Source: an uncultured Nitrosopumilaceae archaeon
Lineage (GTDB): Archaea; Thermoproteota; Nitrososphaeria; Nitrososphaerales; Nitrosopumilaceae
Assembly: GCA_964507355.1 (NCBI GenBank)
Contig: CAZDPM010000001.1
Coordinates: 1 to 54,299 of the forward strand
Length of the DNA stretch: 54,299 nt
Reading direction: 5' to 3'
Shown piece after piece: positions 48,807-54,299 of the stretch. Under the pieces are notes generated by a model. It saw nothing but the letters and a program-made list of their open reading frames with translations. It had not been told where the DNA came from and made no database searches. How positions within the stretch are numbered: the stretch's first letter is position 1; the number at the start of each line of letters is the position of its first letter. The position numbers and the translations under genes were made by a program.

Positions 48807-48903
48807 ATTTTTATTTTGATTACTTTACAATTAAATTCAGTATTTGATTTTCATAGATGATAATTGCCTTGTGTTTTTTATTCACCATAATGTTTGCAAA
48901 TTC

Positions 48904-49752
48904 ATGAAAAATGCAAATGACTATAAAAATATACCAAGAACAATAAAATACGAATCAAGTTTAGCTGATGTTTTAAAAAAAATCATCGATGAGAAAAAAA
49001 GTAGGATTCTAGTGACTGAAAATGATAAAATTACTGGTCTTGTAACTGAAAAAGATTTAGGGTTTTTTCTTCTAACCGATAAAACAGAAAGAAAACTAGA
49101 TGAGATCCCCCTATCTGAAATTGTTAAAAAAATAATATCTGTTGATGAAAATACAAGTCTTGCAGAATGCGCTGAGATAATGCTAAAAAAATCAATCGGA
49201 TCATTGGTAGTAAAATCAAAAGATGATGTTGTTGGAATAATGACAAAAACAGATCTTGTAAGATATTTCACAAAAACCCGTTCTGGTGAAAAAATAGTTG
49301 GGGAGTACATGTCTCCTTATTATGCCTGGCAATACTCTGACACCTCTCTATATCTGGTAGTGCAGAAAATGATTAATGAAAAAATATCACGTGTAATACT
49401 TCGAAATCATGATGAAATGCCTGTAGGGATAGTTACATTCAGAGATTTATTTGAACTAGCACTAAAACAAGGAAAATATGAAGACGTTCTTGATAATACT
49501 GATCCCGTAATCTCGGTAATATTTCCAAGAAAAGGATTCATTTCTGAATCTGGATTTGGAGGAAGTGTAAAAGTCAATGACATAATGAGTAAAGATATTG
49601 TTTCAGTAGATTATGATGAAGATTTGGCAAAAGCAGGTAAATTGTTACTGGAGAAAAACATCAATGGTGCAGGAGTTTTATCAGGTCATGGAAACATTAT
49701 GGGAATAATTAGTAAAACAGATATTGTTAAAGCACTAGCATTTTTGAAATAA
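48904..49752 (+). CDS. Four-CBS domain protein (ORF track start 48844)
   Basis: GLVTEKD, GIMTKTD, GIVTFRD, GIISKTD. Confidence 0.9.
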   Translation: MKNANDYKNIPRTIKYESSLADVLKKIIDEKKSRILVTENDKITGLVTEKDLGFFLLTDKTERKLDEIPLSEIVKKIISVDENTSLAECAEIMLKKSIGSLVVKSKDDVVGIMTKTDLVRYFTKTRSGEKIVGEYMSPYYAWQYSDTSLYLVVQKMINEKISRVILRNHDEMPVGIVTFRDLFELALKQGKYEDVLDNTDPVISVIFPRKGFISESGFGGSVKVNDIMSKDIVSVDYDEDLAKAGKLLLEKNINGAGVLSGHGNIMGIISKTDIVKALAFLK

Positions 49753-49787
49753 TTGAAAGAAAAATTACAACAGGCTCTAGGAAAATA

Positions 49788-51182
49788 TCAACTGGCATCA
49801 ATAGCGCACCTGTTTGGCCCAATCTCTAAATCAGGAATTTCGGATTTTTCTAGTTCAAATTCCCCTTTATTTACTGCAATGATTTTTTGATAATTCATTG
49901 GTCTAGGAAGAGTTATTGCAACTACTTTTCTGATGAACTCTTGTTTTGAGATATCCAGCCATGGAAGTTTCTTTGATTGTTCTATTGTAGAATAAAATGT
50001 CTCATTGATAGGTTTTACATCTTGACTATGGTGTGTCGGAAATACCATTGTATTATGTGGAAGTTTAAGCAGCTTGTTATGTAATGTATTGTATAGATCC
50101 TCTGTAAACTCTTCTGCCTTATCTCTAAGATCTGGTCGTCCAATGGATTCTACAAACAATATATCACCAGTGAATACATATTTTTCATTCACCACATAAC
50201 TTAGGCTTCCAGGTGTGTGACCTGGAGTATGAATAATTCGGAGAGTTGTTTTTCCAAATTGTATTTGATCTGCATCTCCAACAAAGTTTGCATCAAATAC
50301 ATACCCCTCGTATTTTGATAGATATAATTTTGCACTAGATGCCTTGGCAAGATCTCTTGCCGCAGAAACATGATCTGCATGTTGATGGGTATCTATCACT
50401 TTGATAATTTGAAATCCTTGTTTTTTTGCAATGTCTATGTATTTTTCAAAAGGATACAATGGATCAATTACAATCGCTTCCTTATCTGATTCCACAATAT
50501 GAGATAGGCATCCCTTTCCGATTTTTTGTACTTGGATGATTTGTACTGGTTCTTTTACTACTGTTACGGGCTTTAGAACTTGATTCCATCCTGCTAATCC
50601 GCCTACAAGTGTTTTAGAATCAATTCCTGCTCGTGCCAGAGCAAAGCTTGCAATCATTGCACGATTTCCATGCGGGCATATAGTTACAATTTCTTTGTCT
50701 TTTGGAATCTTGTAGATGGTTTTTGCATCAAAAAGATCACCTAACGGAATGTTTATGCTTCCAGGAATTTGATATTCTGAATACTCATCAGTATTTCTGA
50801 CATCTAGTAGAAACACTTTGTCTAATTTTTGGGCAAGATTATCTGGCAAAATCATTTTTCCAGTATCTTCTTTTGATAGGATTCCTTTCCATGAAGAAAA
50901 ACCACCTGTTAGATAGTAAACATCCAATCCAAAAGATTTCATCATTTGTGCTGTTTCTTTAGCATATTCTTCTGGTTCTGATATCAAAACAATTTTGGCA
51001 TTTTTTGGAATTTTTGGCAATATCTTTTCCTTAGTATTAATATCACATACGGCATGAACAGAACCTGTTACGTGGGATTTTTCAAAACTTTCTTTGGTTC
51101 TAAGATCAAACAAAAGTAATGGTTTCTGTTGAATCAAATCCAGTTCTAGCTGTTCAGAAGAAATTCCTAGTCGAGTCTGCAC
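49788..51182 (-). CDS. Double rhodanese + MBL (persulfide dioxygenase-like) fusion
   Basis: DLR..F..SH..G; DVR..EY...IPG..CPHGNR; DTHQHADH, TPGHT, FTGD, GRPD, GPNRCA. Confidence 0.9.
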   Translation of the reverse strand: MQTRLGISSEQLELDLIQQKPLLLFDLRTKESFEKSHVTGSVHAVCDINTKEKILPKIPKNAKIVLISEPEEYAKETAQMMKSFGLDVYYLTGGFSSWKGILSKEDTGKMILPDNLAQKLDKVFLLDVRNTDEYSEYQIPGSINIPLGDLFDAKTIYKIPKDKEIVTICPHGNRAMIASFALARAGIDSKTLVGGLAGWNQVLKPVTVVKEPVQIIQVQKIGKGCLSHIVESDKEAIVIDPLYPFEKYIDIAKKQGFQIIKVIDTHQHADHVSAARDLAKASSAKLYLSKYEGYVFDANFVGDADQIQFGKTTLRIIHTPGHTPGSLSYVVNEKYVFTGDILFVESIGRPDLRDKAEEFTEDLYNTLHNKLLKLPHNTMVFPTHHSQDVKPINETFYSTIEQSKKLPWLDISKQEFIRKVVAITLPRPMNYQKIIAVNKGEFELEKSEIPDLEIGPNRCAIDAS

Positions 51183-51347
51183 TATATTTTTTATTTAATA
51201 TTGTAAATAAACTTGGATATATTTTTCAAAATTGGGATTCATATTTTTGTTGTTATGATCGTAAATGTTCTAATTTCTAAATTCGATTTTAAAATAATAT
51301 ATTCATATACTTTTTAAAAATATCTATTACACCAAACCCGTTCCTAC

Positions 51348-51573
51348 TAATCTACAAAACGAGTGGTTAATCTGTAGATTACATTAATTTTTAATTATAG
51401 GCGTCGATTAATTGCTATTCTAGGCATGATGTTTGTAGATTATTTGTATCTAATCGCTATTTTCACGCCTAAAGTTTGTAGCTAGCATCGACACCTATTA
51501 GGGCACTATGCCTTCTATAATTACAATTTATAGAAATTTCACGTACTACTGCAATTGTAAATTAATAGTGCGT
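51348..51573. other. Hairpin-rich intergenic region (candidate ncRNA or IS/MITE remnant)
   Basis: At least four inverted repeats of 8-12 bp; shares a 15-mer with 54108-54122. Confidence 0.4.
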
Positions 51574-51686
51574 ATTTTTATCCTTTCACTGATTTTAAAT
51601 CGTCATATTACCAGTTAAACCAGTTCATAGTTATCATGTGTGAAAATATAGAGTTTATTTTTAACATATAATATAGAAAAATCATC

Positions 51687-52040
51687 ATGGATCGAATTAG
51701 ATTAATCACTGGATATGATGAAAGAAGAGTACGAGAAACTCTAAATCAATTACTACGGGACAGAAAAAATGAGTTTAGGGAATTGGCCGAATCAACAGGC
51801 ATTCCACTGACTACTGATGATTGGGAGGTAATAATTTTAAAATTTTGTCTTGATTTTGAAGACTGTCTTAAAATATGGACTGATAATGAAGAGCCCAATT
51901 CTATTAAAAACACTAAATGCATGACTATTATGAGAGAAATCGCAAAGGGTAAAAAAAACATATCAGAGGTTTTTCACATACAGAACATTGCATATACTAT
52001 CTGTACAGAATTTCATCAAACATACAAAAGAATCACTTGA
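51687..52040 (+). CDS. Conserved hypothetical protein
   Basis: Clean 117-aa ORF with upstream TATA-like box. Confidence 0.7.
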   Translation: MDRIRLITGYDERRVRETLNQLLRDRKNEFRELAESTGIPLTTDDWEVIILKFCLDFEDCLKIWTDNEEPNSIKNTKCMTIMREIAKGKKNISEVFHIQNIAYTICTEFHQTYKRIT

Positions 52041-52063
52041 TTAAAGAAACAAAAAAGAAAAAA

Positions 52064-52552
52064 TTACTGTACGCTTACAGATTTTTTCTTTGGTATGGGT
52101 GTAGGGTTACTTTTTGGTAATATTATATCTAGTACGCCATCAGTTAGTTTTGCCTTTACTTTTCCTGGAATAATTTTTTCTGATAGAGGAATTGTTTGAT
52201 AGTATGACATACTGTGTCTTTCTTTTCTTAAATAATTTTTCTTCTTTTCCTCTTCTTTGTGCTCTCCAGTAACTTCAATAGAATTTTCAGTTACATTGAG
52301 CTTTATCTCATTTTTCTGAATTCCAGGAGTATCAATTTTTACTCGAAATTGACTTCCTTCATCTATGATGTCACAAGAGGTATGGTTCATTTTTGGCATG
52401 GATATTGAAGGGAATGACAAAAATGCTTTTTCCATTTCTTGTCTTAGATTCTCAATTGATTTGTTGATGTCAAACCAATTTGATGTTACAGATGGAATTA
52501 CCGAACTTGTTTTGGCAAGTTTTTTTGTTTTAACCATGATATTGATTTGCAT
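52064..52552 (-). CDS. Small heat shock protein (Hsp20/alpha-crystallin)
   Basis: DIID.G....D.PG..K.EI.....ER....Y...I.L...A...DGVL.I.LPK. Confidence 0.92.
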   Translation of the reverse strand: MQINIMVKTKKLAKTSSVIPSVTSNWFDINKSIENLRQEMEKAFLSFPSISMPKMNHTSCDIIDEGSQFRVKIDTPGIQKNEIKLNVTENSIEVTGEHKEEEKKKNYLRKERHSMSYYQTIPLSEKIIPGKVKAKLTDGVLDIILPKSNPTPIPKKKSVSVQ

Positions 52553-52676
52553 GATTACTTTAATCCTTCATTGTAGATTACTATCATTGATAATAACTCC
52601 AAATTTGAATTGTTTTGAAGAGTTTAGTTGACTATGCTTCTCATGTTCAAAATTATTGTATTAAAATGATTAATCC

Positions 52677-53942
52677 CTACAAAATGAATTTAATAGTTAT
52701 GAAGAAAAGTGCAAACCCACTTAGAAATATAATCCCCGTAAAACTCAAGATTTTCAATATTCTTGACGGTTGAGACTCTTTTCCAAGGAATTTTCCAGTC
52801 ACTAATCTAAAATTAAAGATTGCAATCACAGGGGCAATTACAAATGATAGAACGGTTGCAAAATCAACTAATGCCTTAAAATTACTTTCAAATAGAAATA
52901 TCACAATCAGTGCTCCAATTGCTAAAAGACACAAAAATACAACGTAGAGACCTTGAAATTTTGATGGTTGGTTATCATTGTTTTTTGAAAAAAGTAATTC
53001 AACTGTTCGTTTAAGCGATCTTGAGTATCCATCAAAAACTGTAATGATAGTACCAAACATGACAGTGAATGCTGAAGCTGCAATTATGATGTAACTCCAA
53101 TTTCCAATTGTTTGAGTGTATAAAGTAACAATTTTGTGTGCAAAAAGAGAATTATCATTTGGTAATTCTTCCCCAGAACCAAAGAACATGTAAGAACCTA
53201 AAATTACAAACATTATTGCAAGAATTCCAGTGATGACATATCCTAATCGAAATTCAAATAGAGTTTCTTTTAATTTTGGTTTGTATTTTGTCTGTTTCAT
53301 TCTTTCCAATGTCCACAAACTATTCCAGCTTGAAAGATCTACTGCAGTTGGCATCCATCCCATCAATGCAAGTAAAAAGAAGATTCCAGAAATATCCAAA
53401 AGTTCTCTAGGTTGAAAACCTGATATGGGCTCTAGTGGACCATGCCATAAAGTCAAAACAAATGCAGATACAGTTGAAATCAATAACACAATTACAATTA
53501 TTTTGATCAAATTATCAAGAACATGGTACTTTCCTATTGCCAAAACTACAACACATAATCCAAATAAAATTACTATGGTCCACTCTTCAAGAAAATCAAC
53601 ACCAAATAGGTTTTCAAAAAATCCTGCTGTGACAAAACCAACTGCACCCGTAACAAAAAACATCGATGAAATTGTTAGAATAAAGTATAGCCATAATGCA
53701 GGTTTGCCAATCTTCTTGTAACCATCTATGATACTAGTTTGCGTAGAATTTGCATATCTTGAGCCATATTCAAAGAACGGATATTTTAACAACGTCACCA
53801 ATATCACAAATCCAATCATCAACAATCCAAAATCCGCACCTGCTCTAGTTGACTGAATTAGATGCGATACCCCGATTGCTGTACTTGCAAATAAGATTCC
53901 AGGACCCGCAGTTTTTGAAAATCTAGAGATCTTTTCATTCAT
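52677..53942 (-). CDS. NRAMP-like/APC superfamily divalent metal transporter
   Basis: GPGILFA..AIGVSHL.QSTRAGA..G, ALMGWMP, about 11 TM helices. Confidence 0.8.
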   Translation of the reverse strand: MNEKISRFSKTAGPGILFASTAIGVSHLIQSTRAGADFGLLMIGFVILVTLLKYPFFEYGSRYANSTQTSIIDGYKKIGKPALWLYFILTISSMFFVTGAVGFVTAGFFENLFGVDFLEEWTIVILFGLCVVVLAIGKYHVLDNLIKIIVIVLLISTVSAFVLTLWHGPLEPISGFQPRELLDISGIFFLLALMGWMPTAVDLSSWNSLWTLERMKQTKYKPKLKETLFEFRLGYVITGILAIMFVILGSYMFFGSGEELPNDNSLFAHKIVTLYTQTIGNWSYIIIAASAFTVMFGTIITVFDGYSRSLKRTVELLFSKNNDNQPSKFQGLYVVFLCLLAIGALIVIFLFESNFKALVDFATVLSFVIAPVIAIFNFRLVTGKFLGKESQPSRILKILSFTGIIFLSGFALFFITIKFIL

Positions 53943-54091
53943 TAGGATTAGACGGGATTAACATTCCAGTTGTTATTAACCCATATGCCAATTACTTTAA
54001 CACCTAAATTTCAGAAATTAATTATGTCAACTCCTTTTTTAATTTGGAAGAGTATGTGGGCCAAAGGTTCTCTTACCTACCAAATTGAGGA

Positions 54092-54122
54092 ATAAAATGG
54101 ACGCAGATAGGCGTGAAAATAG
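54092..54122. repeat. Dispersed repeat copy
   Basis: ATAAAATGGACGCAGATAGGCGTGAAAATAG; matches 48070-48097 and 51457-51471 (both inverted). Confidence 0.65.
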
Positions 54123-54154
54123 ATTAATTTATTGATATTTTATAACACATGTGA

Positions 54155-54299
54155 TTATTTCTTTGATAGTTCTTTTGCATGCTCATACCCTTTTGTAATC
54201 CACTTTAATGCAAATACAAAATTAGTCTTTTTAACATCAATCTCTACCCAGCCCATCTTTGCACCATGTGAAAACGGGTTGATTGCATTATTTTTTACA
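54155..54299 (-). CDS. 3' end of a hypothetical protein (starts outside window)
   Basis: ...NPFSHGAKMGWVEIDVKK...ALKWITKGYEHAKELSKK*. Confidence 0.6.
   Translation of the reverse strand, partial: VKNNAINPFSHGAKMGWVEIDVKKTNFVFALKWITKGYEHAKELSKK

Noticed and set aside
51349-51442. TCTAC/GTAGAT resemblance to Cas12a direct repeat
   Set aside because: Loop length and flanks do not fit; no regular array and no cas12/tnpB gene in the window

Overview
AT-rich archaeal chromosome segment, most likely an ammonia-oxidising thaumarchaeon of the Nitrosopumilus/Nitrosarchaeum type. This is inferred from a TFB paralog, leaderless TATA promoters, stand-alone Lrp RAM domains and typical 'IPxWIK' and 'SPxKQ' secreted domains. 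There are three zones. (1) 1-10.9 kb: host genes, tRNA-Ser(GCT), and a signalling locus (sensor kinase, receiver, putative wHTH regulator, secreted proteins sharing a Cys-pair domain) marked by three copies of a GGCATGCCACAA motif. (2) About 10.9-34.35 kb: a candidate ~23.4 kb integrated element. It starts with a tyrosine recombinase, is bounded by a 10-bp direct repeat (AATTGTAGTT) whose left copy overlaps the stop codon of an unannotated Zn-ribbon gene, and carries a regulatory/replication-like module plus a dense defence cargo: three-gene Type III-like R-M, RNase J-like MBL, KTSC, OLD, solo Cas4, TM-HNH-SRA-like, Mrr, HNH+MazG-like, NERD and other PD-(D/E)xK proteins. The distal cargo is a cassette-like array in which genes are preceded by a conserved, dyad-flanked TCTAAAT-CCTTAAGTT-N8-ATTTAGA element. 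(3) 34.4-54.3 kb: host accessory region (small Zn proteins, roadblock-like paralogs, RAM domains, Sua5, CBS, rhodanese-MBL, Hsp20, NRAMP-like) with pseudogenes, a dispersed ~28-bp repeat and a hairpin-rich intergenic region. All family calls come from motif recognition by eye; no searches were run.
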